A stretch of DNA of 64,000 nucleotides from Mantamonas sphyraenae STR306 (Eukaryota; Protista; CRuMs): contig JAPMXV010000034.1 in the NCBI GenBank assembly GCA_026936335.1, positions 1 through 64,000 on the forward strand, given 5' to 3'. A program made the position numbers and the translations under genes. Below the pieces are notes generated by a model. The model was given only the letters and a program-made list of their open reading frames with translations, searched no databases and was not told where the DNA came from. This document shows positions 32,695 to 45,200 of the stretch, in pieces; within the stretch, counting starts at the first letter, position 1, and each line of letters opens with the position of its first letter.

Positions 32695-34962
32695 ATGGCC
32701 TCTGGCGCTGCGACCATGGGAATGGGCGCTTTCCGCGGCTCCATGCGGGGAGGGGACCGTGGCAAGAGCCGAGTAGACGTCCGTGATCTTTTTGACGAGC
32801 GTAGAGAAAGCTTCGACTCCGTTCTTGAGGACATTGAACGCCTCAACGGTACGTTTTCCTGAGCGTTGCCCCGACCAGCCCCTCTTCCCTGACCCCCGCC
32901 ACCTGTGCCCTTGCCTCCACCTCTACACAGAAACACTGGAGCTCCAAGACCTCGGCTCCTTGGACATCCTAAAGAACAGCCCCGCTGCAGAGCCGGAAAA
33001 GGAGGACCAGGAAGAAGAGCCGCCAGAAGGCGCCTTTGTGTCCCGCCGGGCACGAAGAACCTCGCGAGCGGACGCCCATCGGCCCGTCCTCCGCTTGCCG
33101 AAGCAGAACCTCACCGGTGTACGTCGACCCTCTGCCCTCCCACCCACATCCCCTCCCATATCCTCTCTCCTCCCGTTCTCCGTCACTCCCATCCCCTGGG
33201 CCTCACACCTTCATATGCCTTTGCCCCACAACTCCCTCCCAGTACAAACTCCTCCTCTTCCTCCTCTCCGCCGGCAAGCTCTACTCCTCCTCAAAATGCT
33301 CCGCGTAAGTTTCCACACCATGCCTTGTCCAACAACTCCCTGGTGCCCCAAACATCGCATCACACTGGCCATGGCTCCACAACCTGCCCACAACACGCCC
33401 CACCACCCGTAGCAGCCTGACAACCTCGTGCCCCTCCCCATTCTCCCAACCCCTTTGGCTCCCGAACACCCATTCCTTCCTCAGAGAGACCTTTATCGTC
33501 CTCGACAACTGGTTCAAGCGCATGATGAAGTCCTTCATGGACTACACCTGTGCCACAGCCGCCTTTGGCTGCGTCATGATGGCCATCGACAACGAGGTCC
33601 TCTGGTCCTTCAACAACCAGCCCAACGACGCAAGCACTGCTATCAAGATGCTCATTTCCATCAGCACTCTTGTCTCTCTCGTCTGTCTGACATTTTTCTA
33701 CCTCCTCAAGAAGGAGTACTACAAGCTTCTGGGCAACATTCCATCCGAGGCCCATCTTCTCAACTGCAAACTCCGCAAGTGGTACCTTCTCGAGTTCTTC
33801 ATCATCCTCATTCACACACCGCCCTTTGTTGACGGCTCTTTCAAGATCGAGGCCCTCGGCCGCGTCCAAACTTACACATTTGACATGGTCGGCGGCCTCC
33901 TCATCTTCCTCCGCTTGTATCTGCTGCCTCGCTTCATCCTCTTCCGCAGCAAGTACTATCACCGCCAACACCTCTTTGTCAAAGTCATCAGCAACATCCG
34001 CGTCAACGCCGTCTTTGTCATCAAGACCATCCTCTATTTCCATCCATTCACCGCCCTCATCTGCGCCTGGATCTTCGTCGTCCTCACCTCCGGCTACTTC
34101 ATCCGCCTCTGTGAACGCCCTGTCAACCCAGACCACGATTGGTATTGGAACTCCCTGTGGCTCACTGTCATCACCATGACCACAGTCGGCTACGGCGACA
34201 TGAACCCGGAAACCCACTGTGGCCGCACCTTTGCCGTCATTGCTGCTGTACTCGGCGTCTGTATCACCTCTCTCTCCATCGTCGTCGTCAGCAACAGGAT
34301 TAGCCTTTCGGGCGACGAGGTACGCGTCGTCAGTATGATCGAAAAGGACACCGAGCGCCGCCGATTCCGCAACCTCGCCTGCCTATGCGTCCAGTACGCC
34401 TGGAAGTTCTATGTTGCCAAAATGCGCCTCGACGCCGACAAGATGGCCATCAAGCGCACGCTGTATCATCTTGTCCAGCAATTCCGCCAGTCCAAGCGAT
34501 CCTTGCATTCCGCCATTGCCGAGTTCAACGCCTCCATGAACGGCGCCATGCTCGAGGACATGTTCCAACGTGGACAACAAATCGACGACAGGCTCGAGCA
34601 GCTCGCTACAGTCACCCTCAAGCTCCAAAAGAACAACGTTCCGCCAGCTCGCCTTCATCACAAACCACATCCGCAAGAGCGACCTCCACGACACTCCGTC
34701 AGCCCTTTCATCGCGTCACTCGGCCTCCTCCGTCACCTCATCCTCCTCTTCCTCAGCTGCTCCCGCCTTTGACGACAAGCAGCACCCAAACAACAATGAT
34801 GCACAATCCTTGGACGACGCCTCCCTCGCCTCCACTGTCCTCAAGATGCGCAAGAACATGCAGCGTATGGAAACCAAGGTCGATCGCATGATGGCTCTCA
34901 TTGAAAACTTGCATGTAGCTGCCGTCAGCGACGACGAAGCCGCTGCTCAGGTCCCGTCCTGA
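32695..34962 (+). CDS. 6TM K+ channel, SK/KCNN-like; exons 32695-32848, 32932-33118, 33243-33304, 33485-34962 with a +1 indel near 34628
   Basis: IKMLISIST, LLEFFIILIHTPP, FLRLYLLPR, IRLCER, WLTVITMTTVGYGDMNPETHCGR; C-terminal coiled coil after the frameshift. Confidence 0.88.
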
Positions 34963-36179
34963 TCGCTCGCCACCGCCTCCTTGCCTTTCCGTGGAAACCG
35001 ATTCATCCACCCTTGATCAATGTAATCCTTCAGCGTCCACACCCATGATCCGCTTACACTCATCCCATGCCACACTCCGATTGCCTCTCCGTCGCCCGTC
35101 GCCAGCAATGACAGAAATCCGTCCTGTGGTTCGTACTCCTCCAACTCTTGGCCCCGCACGTACCTCACAATATTGGCTGCGACCACCGGTCCCTCCCTAA
35201 CCGCATACACCCCGGCCTTTTGCACTTGCGGCAGCTTTTCTCCCTTTGCATCCACAACATCCACGCAGTCTCCTGCCCCAAACACCTCCTCCCGCTCCAC
35301 GCTTTGCAATGTCTTGCCCACCATCATGTATCCATCCTCTGACAATGGCAGCCCAGTGCACTCCTGCAGCATGGCCGGTGCCGCGGGCCCCGTTGCCCAC
35401 ACACACAAGTCAAACGGCAGCAATTGCCCATTGTCAAGCACCACACATTGCTCATCCACACGCTCCACTCGAGTATCATTGTACACCTCGATTCCCAAAG
35501 CATCCGCCTTGGTGTTGCACCGATCGCTGACCCCCTCCGACGAACTGGACACCAAGCGCTCGCGAGCGTTGACAACGCATACATGCACGGGCAAGTCCAC
35601 ATTGCCCAGTGCCTCGGCCACGCTGTCATTCTCCTGCATCTGCTGTTCCACTTGCTTTCCCAGTGCAGCGCGGAAAGCAAAGGCCAACTCGACCCCTGCC
35701 GCTCCACCCCCCACCACCACCACCTGCGGCACGTGATCCCACGCAGGATGCTGCTCGTAAAATGCATCCATTCGCTCCAACAGCTTCGCCAAAGGGCGGG
35801 TTTGCACCGTATGTTCTCGAACTCCCGACACTCCGGACACAGACGTCTCCGAACCAATGTCCAGCGACACCACGTCGTACTTCAACTCCCTGCCGTCTTC
35901 CAGCACCACCTGCTGCTTTTCTGCCTCCACACGCGCCACTCTACCGTTCACAAACTCCACTCCCAGCTTGTCGCACAACGCGACCACGTCCGTCATGATC
36001 TCCTCGGCGTCGTATAGCTTCGCAACCGCTCCAGGCAGCATTCCACTGTAGAACGCAACCCCGCCGTCACTCACCATGCACACACGACAATCGTCCTCCT
36101 CCACCAGCGCATCCACCAACAGACTTGCCACCTGCACATGCGCATGGCCAGCGCCAACCAGGAGGATCGTTCGCGTCAT
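34947..36179 (-). CDS. FAD-dependent pyridine nucleotide-disulfide oxidoreductase resembling the domain found N-terminal to SelD; stand-alone and intronless
   Basis: LVGAGHAHVQV, YSGMLPG, YDVVSLDIGS, VVGGGAAGVELA, FGAGDC, KAGVYAVREGP, WTLKDYID. Confidence 0.88.
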   Translation of the reverse strand: MTRTILLVGAGHAHVQVASLLVDALVEEDDCRVCMVSDGGVAFYSGMLPGAVAKLYDAEEIMTDVVALCDKLGVEFVNGRVARVEAEKQQVVLEDGRELKYDVVSLDIGSETSVSGVSGVREHTVQTRPLAKLLERMDAFYEQHPAWDHVPQVVVVGGGAAGVELAFAFRAALGKQVEQQMQENDSVAEALGNVDLPVHVCVVNARERLVSSSSEGVSDRCNTKADALGIEVYNDTRVERVDEQCVVLDNGQLLPFDLCVWATGPAAPAMLQECTGLPLSEDGYMMVGKTLQSVEREEVFGAGDCVDVVDAKGEKLPQVQKAGVYAVREGPVVAANIVRYVRGQELEEYEPQDGFLSLLATGDGEAIGVWHGMSVSGSWVWTLKDYIDQGWMNRFPRKGKEAVASDQDGT

Positions 36180-36248
36180 TCCTTTGCGACAGACCGCGCA
36201 AATCAATATTCTCAACTTCATCCCACCCGCGCGTACAGAATCACGCCA

Positions 36249-39200
36249 ATGAGCCACCCAATGCGTCATTTGTTTGTGATTGCCATTGTACTGGGCGCGT
36301 TCTGCGTTGCAGTGACTCGTGGAGAAACACAACCTGCATACGCCACCCGAGCTACATACACCGATCAAGTAGCCCTCTGGGATATGACCGACACTTCTGA
36401 CTCGTCGGGCTTTGGTACAGCCGCCCCTCTCACGCTTCAGGGCGGTGACCCTCCAGTTTTGTCACAGAATCCGACGGGACTGGCGCGCTCCACGGCTGCT
36501 GGCACGGGCCAAGCCATTTCCGCCTCGGCAGGTGCTTCAACCAAGCTCACCACCGAACCGAACACCACCCAGAGCATCAGTGTTGAGCTTGCTCTCAGCA
36601 CTGCCTCTCTGGCCCAAGATTGCGTCCTCCTGGATGTCTCCAGTTCAAGCGGTGAGTTTCATCAGCTGCTTCTCCGCGAAAGGCTCTTTGTCGCTCACAC
36701 ACTCCCTAAAAACCATTGCCCACCCCGCTACCCAACGCCCTCTTGTCCTCAATCACTCTTGTTCCCCCCATGCATGCCGTACAGACTGCACTTCCGGTCT
36801 CAACTACCGCGTTCACCTGAAAGCCCAAGCCGTGCAATTTGACTTGGCTCTGCGAAACGCCAGCTGTGTCGACCAGCAGTCCACATTCTCCTCAGCCCTT
36901 GGTGCTTCCAACCAGCTCTACCACATGGTCTTCACCTTTAGTGCGACCAATGCCTCCAAGCGGGCCATCATCAATGGTGTTGCCCATCCACAGAGTACGT
37001 TCCCTGCAACACCTTTTTAGCCTTCCCGCGCCAAACACGAAACCGCGTTTAACACTCGAAACCCTCCCCGACCCCTCTACCCGTCCACACTCCAGGTTAC
37101 CCCTTTGCGAGCCCCAACAACACTATCCAGTTCCCCACAAGCCCCCAGTTGCGCTTGTTCAATTCCGTTACAGGCGCTCAGGGCTGCACAGGCACGGTGT
37201 TGCTTGCTGCTGTTCATCGAAACATTCTCACGGACACCGAGGCTGCTGCAAACTACAACAACCTGCTTTACACGCGCGCCTTTGGCACCGCGGTGGGTAC
37301 AGTCCTGTCCTACACAGTCGCTCAGAATGGCAACGTGTCCATTGTCCTTAGTCAAGCCTCTGCGGACCATTTCGGCAACGCTCTCACTGCAACCGTCAGA
37401 ACGCTTCCCACCAATGGCTCCATCAACGCAACTGTGGCGGCACCTATCTCCTCTCCCTTTATTGTACAGTACTCAGCCACCGCAAACTTTGTCGGCGTGG
37501 AAACCTTCAATGTCACGTTGAACAACGGGATCCTGGATTCGGCCCATTTTTCAATCAGCGTCAATGTCACCGTGCAGTCCCGCCCTGCCCTTGGATCACG
37601 CAGTAGCTACCAGGTGTCCAACATTCGGCCCATTGCCGGCTCCTCCTTCCAGATTACCATCGACGCTCGTGACACGTACGGGAACCCGACCACCTACACA
37701 AACGACCCCAGCACGAGTGCGTCTTGCACAATTGCCGGTAGCACCACCGCTTGTTCCCGTACCTCTGCAGCTGTGCACACATGTACCATTACACACACAG
37801 TTGCTGGCACGCAGTCTCTGTCCTGCAAGTTTGGTACAGCCGATACCATTACCACAGGTGCCACATCCATCACCGTCGACCCGAGCAGTCTCAACGCAAC
37901 CACGACAACAGCCTCAGGCCTGGGCCTCACCTCAACCGTGGCAGGCGCCCAATCATCTTTCCTTCTGCAGCTGCGAGACGCGTTTGGAAACAACATGACA
38001 ACCGCCATTGGTTTCACCCCAAGTGCACAGCTGACGCACAACACAGCTGCATCCACATCGGTACCGGTCACTTACTCAGTTGCACAAAATGCAACAGGTA
38101 CCTTCTTGGCGACATACAACGCCACCATCAGCGGAGGGTACACCCTCGTCGTGGCGGTGGACGGCGTCAACATAACAGCGTCGCCATTTTCCGTCACTGT
38201 AGCAGTTGCAGCAACGCATGTGCCTCAAACCTTGAGCAGCGGCAACGGATTGGTGTCTGGGATTGCCGGAGCAGGACGCACGGTGACCATTGTGACACGG
38301 GATGCGTTTGGCAACAACCGCACACAGAACGGTGACACGGTGACTGTGAACGCAGTGCCACAGGGCATTGCAGGGGCCAGCACGGTGGGTGCCGTGGTGA
38401 CCTCGTCTGCCAACGCAGGGGTGTACACGGCCGTGTTCAACGTGACAGTGAGCGGCGCGTACAACGTGGAGGTGCGTGTGGACAGCACCCACGTTCCCGG
38501 CAGTCCGTTTGCGATTGTGGTGAGCCCAGAGAGCACGTTTGGAAGCACCAGTTTGCTGAGCCTGACGTCTGGGTCTGTGACGACAGCGGGTAGCATGGTA
38601 CGTGCGTATGTGTATGCACGTGACGCGCTTGGCAACAACCGTACTGTGGCAGACGACACGATTGCAGTGACATTGGTGAACCAGAACGTGAGCGTGTCGA
38701 CGCCAGTGAGCGCAGTGAACGTGAGCAGCAACCCGGCTGTGTATGTGGTGCAGTACAACACGACGGTGTCTGGGCTGTATGTGCTGAGTGGCACCATCAA
38801 CGGAATGACACTTGGTGGGTCGCCGCTGAACGTGGAAGTCAAGACACAGGTGACGCATGTGCCGCAAACCTTGAGCAGCGGCAACGGATTGGTGTCTGGG
38901 ATTGCCGGAGCAGGACGCACGGTGACCATTGTGACACGGGATGCGTTTGGCAACAACCGCACACAGAACGGTGACACGGTGACTGTGAACGCAGTGCCAC
39001 AGGGCATTGCAGGGGCCAGCACGGTGGGTGCCGTGGTGACCTCGTCTGCCAACGCAGGGGTGTACACGGCCGTGTTCAACGTGACAGTGAGCGGCGCATA
39101 CAACGTGGAGGTGCGTGTGGACAGCACCCACGTTCCCGGCAGTCCGTTTGCGATTGTGGTGAGCCCAGAGAGCACGTTTGGAAGCACCAGTTTGCTGAGC

Positions 39201-42200
39201 CTGACGTCTGGGTCTGTGACGACAGCGGGTAGCATGGTACGTGCGTATGTGTATGCACGTGACGCGCTTGGCAACAACCGTACTGTGGCAGACGACACGA
39301 TTGCAGTGACGTTGGTGAACCAGAACGTGAGCGTGTCGACGCCAGTGAGCGCAGTGAACGTGAGCAGCAACCCGGCTGTGTATGTGGTGCAGTACAACAC
39401 GACGGTGTCTGGGCTGTATGTGCTGAGCGGTACCATCAACGGAATGACACTTGGTGGGTCGCCGCTGAACGTGGAAGTCAAGACACAGGTGACGCATGTG
39501 CCTCAAACCTTGAGCAGCGGCAACGGATTGGTGTCTGGGAGTGCCGGAGCAGGACGCACGGTGACAATTGTGACACGGGATGCGTTTGGCAACAACCGCA
39601 CACAGAACGGTGACACGGTGACTGTGAACGCAGTGCCACAGGGCATTGCAGGGGCCAGCACGGTAGGTGCCGTGGTGACCTCGTCTGCCAACGCAGGGGT
39701 GTACACGGCCGTGTTCAACGTGACAGTGAGCGGCGCATACAACGTGGAGGTGCGTGTGGACAGCACCCACGTTCCCGGCAGTCCGTTTGCGATTGTGGTG
39801 AGCCCAGAGAGCACGTTTGGAAGCACCAGTTTGCTGAGCCTGACGTCTGGGTCTGTGACGACAGCGGGTAGCATGGTACGTGCGTATGTGTATGCACGTG
39901 ACGCGCTTGGCAACAACCGTACTGTGGCAGACGACACGATTGCAGTGACGTTGGTGAACCAGAACGTGAGCGTGTCGACGCCAGTGAGCGCAGTGAACGT
40001 GAGCAGCAACCCGGCTGTGTATGTGGTGCAGTACAACACGACGGTGTCTGGGCTGTATGTGCTGAGCGGTACCATCAACGGAATGACACTTGGTGGGTCG
40101 CCGCTGAACGTGGAAGTCAAGACACAGGTGACGCATGTGCCGCAAACCTTGAGCAGCGGCAACGGATTGGTGTCTGGGATTGCCGGAGCAGGACGCACGG
40201 TGACAATTGTGACACGGGATGCGTTTGGCAACAACCGCACACAGAACGGTGACACGGTGACTGTGAACGCAGTGCCACAGGGCATTGCAGGTGCCAGCAC
40301 GGTGGGTGCCGTGGTGACCTCGTCTGCCAACGCAGGGGTGTACACGGCCGTGTTCAACGTGACAGTGAGCGGCGCGTACAACGTGGAGGTGCGTGTGGAC
40401 AGCACCCACGTTCCCGGCAGTCCGTTTGCGATTGTGGTGAGCCCAGAGAGCACGTTTGGAAGCACCAGTTTGCTGAGCCTGACGTCTGGGTCTGTGACGA
40501 CAGCGGGTAGCATGGTACGTGCGTATGTGTATGCACGTGACGCGCTTGGCAACAACCGTACTGTGGCAGACGACACGATTGCAGTGACGTTGGTGAACCA
40601 GAACGTGAGCGTGTCGACGCCAGTGAGCGCAGTGAACGTGAGCAGCAACCCGGCTGTGTATGTGGTGCAGTACAACACGACGGTGTCTGGGCTGTATGTG
40701 CTGAGCGGTACCATCAACGGAATGACACTTGGTGGGTCGCCGCTGAACGTGGAAGTCAAGACGCGGGAAATCAACGGCCCCACCAGCAAAGTTTTTGGTT
40801 CCGCGTTCGCTGGTGCCGTAGCCGGAGAAGGGTCCAGCTTTGTCATTCAAGCACGCGACGTGTACGGAAACAACCGCACTGAAGCCGTTGCCAGCGACTT
40901 TGTGGTCACTCTCGTGCACACCACACAAATCGTCCAGGTAAATGCATCGTTGGCGGTTGTCCCGGCGGTGTACGGTCAATACGATGCTGTTTACAATCTC
41001 ACCGTCTCCGGTACGTACCAGATGTACGTCCGTACGTCTCTCGGCGTCCCAGTTGCCGCCAGCCCGTACTCCATTCTCATCACCCCGGCCGCCACCTACA
41101 CACCGACCACGTATCTGTATGGTGTTGGCCTCTCTGATTCCAAAGCTGGTCGATTGGGCCACTTCATCGTTCAAGCAAGGGACGCCTTCTACAACAACCG
41201 AACACTCACCAATGACATCGTCACCGCAAGTTTGGTGAACACCGTGGACACACAGGTCGGCCTCAACGCAACCGTAGTCGCCACTGTTCCCCCTTCGCTG
41301 GGCAGGTACGACGTCAGTTACAACATCACCGATTCGGGCACATACAACTTGGACGTTCGTGTCAACGGTTTCAGCACGCCAGCTTCTCCATACACCGTAG
41401 TCGTTGTCACTGCGCCGACGCATATTCCCCATACGCAAGTGTACGGTGCTGGACTCACTGCAGCCACAGCTGGCAAGACAGCCTTTTTCACCACCATTCA
41501 GTCACGTGACACTCATTTCAACAACCTCACCGCCAACGTCGATGCATACACTGTGGTTCTGACGCACACATCTTTCGGTGCCGTCGTCATCAACGCTGCT
41601 GTCGTCAATCAAACGTTCCCCAGTGGCTCTTACGGCGTTTCCTACAACGCCACTGTGGCGGGTTCCTATTCGGTGGCAATCACAGAAGATGGCACAACGG
41701 TTCCGGGCAGCCCGTTCACTGCCGTGGTCGAAGCCAATCCCCTCGCTGATCCTCGCCTGTCCACCAGCAACATCTTTGCGTACCAGGCAGGCGACCGTGG
41801 TGAACTCACCGTGCAAGTGCGTGACATCTTCAACAACAACCGCAGTGCCAACACGGACACCCTTGTGGTCACTCTGCAGCACTTGCAGTACGCTGCGGTG
41901 TCAATCAACGCTTCCAAGGACGCGTTGAAGGTTGATACCCAAGGACTCTACCACTACACCTACAACCGCACCGTGGCTGGAAACTACTCGGTTGCGGTCT
42001 CTGTCAATGATGTGCCCATCGCAGGGTCTCCGTTTGCCCTGTGGGTGATCACACGGGCAACCTTCCCGGCGGAGACGCTGTCTTTTGGCTCTGGGCTCGA
42101 CGCGTCTGTTGCTGGACAGATGCAAACGATCCTCGTACAAGCGCGTGATGCGTTCACCAACAACCGCACCCTGGGCACAGACACGTTGTACCTCGCATTG

Positions 42201-45200
42201 GTTCACCCCGTCTTTCCCGCGGCTGCAAACAGGCAGTCTGTGTCGCAGGTTCTCAGTGCCTCGCAGGGCACATACCTGATAAGCTACAACGCCACTGTGT
42301 CTGGTACCTACTCACTGTCCATTGGCACCGGTCCCTCTGCCCCGGGCCAGGCCATCAAGGGGATGCCGCGTTCCCTTGTCGTCTCCCCCGACGTCGTGTT
42401 TGCGCCTCGCACCCTGGCCTATGGTCTACGCAACAGCATTGCTGGTGAATTTGTCAACTTCACAGTACAGGCGCGCGATCGCTTTGACAACAACCGCACC
42501 ACCTTTGGCCAGGTTGCCTTTGTTGCCACCATGGTCCACCAGACGCAAGCAGTGCAGCTCAACGCCACCATCACGGCGGACAGTGGCGCACGCTATCGCA
42601 TGGCCTACAATGCAACCGTCGCCGGTGCGTACAAGCTCGGTGTTCGCATTGCAGACGTGCACATTTTGGCCAGTCCGTTTGACACCCTCGTGCAACCAGG
42701 CCCAACGTTTGTCTCGGGATCAAACACACCCCTGTATGGCAACGGCACTGTGCGAGCCGTCGCTGGAGAGTGGTCTGTGTTCACCATCCAGGCTCGCGAT
42801 GCCTTTGGCAACAACCGCACCGTTTCGGACGACACCGTGCACTTCAACGTGTCCTTTGTGCCTGTCACCACGAATTCTCCCAACTACCTCTCGCTTAGCG
42901 ATAGGTATCTCATTCCCGGACCCGCGCTCACAGGCACGTACATCGTGCATATGCTGCCGCGTGCCGCCGTGCCACACACCGTCTCTCTGACAATCAACGG
43001 CGTCTCTCTGCCCGATTTTGTCCTTCCCACCGATCCTGCCGCAGCGGATGCCACCGAAACCCTCGTGCTTGGCTCCCTCGATTCGTTGGCTGGCCAGGGA
43101 GGGTCGGCACTTGTCCAAACGCGCGATCGTTTCCAGAACAACCGCACAGGGCATTTGGACACCCTCGTGGGATCGCTCCTACACACGACAGCCAACTACT
43201 CCGTTGTGGCCAGTTTGACTGCCGACGCCGGTTCCAACGGCAGGTACGTCCTGGCCTACAACGCAACGCTCGCCGGCACGTACACACTCTCGCTCACTGT
43301 CAACGGTGCCAACGTGACGGCACAACCAGCCATCACTGTTCTTCCCTTTGTCACCCATGCCGCTACTTCGCTCCCATACGGCGACGGCCTGATCCAATCG
43401 ATCGCTGGCAACCTTGCAACCTTTGAGCTGCAAGCCCGTGACGCCTTTTTCAACAACCGTACGGAACGCACCGACTCGGTGGTCGTCACCGTCACCCATC
43501 AGACCCGAGTCATCCCTGTGGGTGTGCAGCCGAGTGTCAGCGGAGTCAACAACACCATCGCCGGCCGCTACTCGGTCAACTACAACGCTACCGTCAGCGG
43601 CAATTACACTCTTTCCGTGACGCTCAATGGCGCACACGTGATTGGCTCGCCCTATCGGGTGCTGGTTTCCCCAAACAGCATTGAACCAAGCACCAGCGTC
43701 ATGTTTGGTCCAAACACAAACGCAGCCGTGGCCGGTGAAGCCTCCGTTTTCTTTGTGCAAGCACGTGACCGGTTCGAGAACAACCGAACACTTGCTGACG
43801 ACACATTTTCCGTCCAGATCGTGCAGCAGTCGGGTGCTCCGCCTGCAGCGGCCCCGTTCAGCCTCGCAGTGGAGGAGGCAGTCTCGGCCACATTTCGGGT
43901 GACATACAACGCAACAGTGGTTTCCGTGTCCAGCTTGGGCACGAACGAGACTTTGTACAACGTGCGCGTCAGCGTGTTGCGCCCTACTGCGTGTGTGCCA
44001 CGAATGCGACATCCAACTGCACGTACCCGACATCCATTGCAAACAGCCCGCAGCTGCTCAATGTCCAACCAGCAATTCTCAGCCACGAGACAACCACGGC
44101 CGAGTTGCTGGTGCCCAGTACGCGCACAGCCGGCGAATCGACCCGAGTTGCTGTCACCGTGCGCGACCGCTTTGGCAATGTTCGTCTGCCCGCCGAGTTT
44201 GCAGATGTTCTCATGGTCTACGCCTCGCCGGATCGCACGGACTACACCAACGCTACAGCCACCGAGATTGCTGCCGAGCCCCTGCGACGCGTGTTTGATT
44301 TCAACGTCACACTTGCGGCCAACTACACTTTGTTCGTGCGTCACCTGGGGCAGAATGTGGGTGGTTCGCCCACTCCCTTCCTCGTGCAGCCATCGACTAC
44401 ATTCGCAGGTACCAGTACTCTCCAGGCAATCCAGACCAACACCGTCGGAAACGGTGGAGTCTTCCAGCTGCAAGCTCGCGATGCCTTTGGCAACCACCAG
44501 AAGGCCACAGTGTTGAACAACTTCACCGTGGAGCTTCGACTCGGCAGTGGCATCACTGTCGCCACCACCATTCAGCCCTCCAACACTGTGGGTGACAATG
44601 GCCTTTACTTTGTGTCTTACCCGGTGGTGACCATTGCAGGAAACTACAGCGTCACCGCAGTCACCACTGCGGGTGCAACGCCTTTGTTTGGGACGCCATA
44701 CCAACTGGTTATGAACCCAGAGGCCACGAACATCAACGAGACGGTCCTGTATGGCCAGGGTCTTTCATCCGCAGTTGCCGGCGTCTACGGCGAGTTTGTT
44801 ATTCAGGCCCGCGATGTCTACCAAAACAACCGCACGACCACGACCGACACATACACCGTGCGGTTGGTTCTTGGTACCACCACGGTGTTTGGCTCGGCCT
44901 CGGCGCACCCGACGCTGCCGGGGGCCTATGCCGTCAAGTACAATGCAACCATCGCGGGCGCATACACCATGACGGTGACCGACGGCGCTCTGCAGGCCGT
45001 GCCCCAATCGCCCTTTTCCGTCACAGTGCAGCCCAACGTGCCGCACCCCGGAACAAGCAGTCCGACTGGTGAAGGATCGCGCATCTGGGCGGTGGATTCC
45101 CAAGCCAACTTCCGGATCATCATTCGCGATTCGTTTTTCAACGTGCGTACACAGGCCGGTCTGCTCTTTAATGCCTATCTCATTGCACCAAGCACCGCAC

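Noticed and set aside
38214-40762. CRISPR array or mobile element
   Set aside because: The units are 639-nt in-frame coding repeats with no spacers, terminal repeats or transposase.
38076-41438. 1120-aa minus-strand ORF and other long antisense ORFs (e.g. 4203-5579, 29555-31102, 48435-50012)
   Set aside because: These are shadow ORFs of GC-rich coding sequence with no recognisable motifs.
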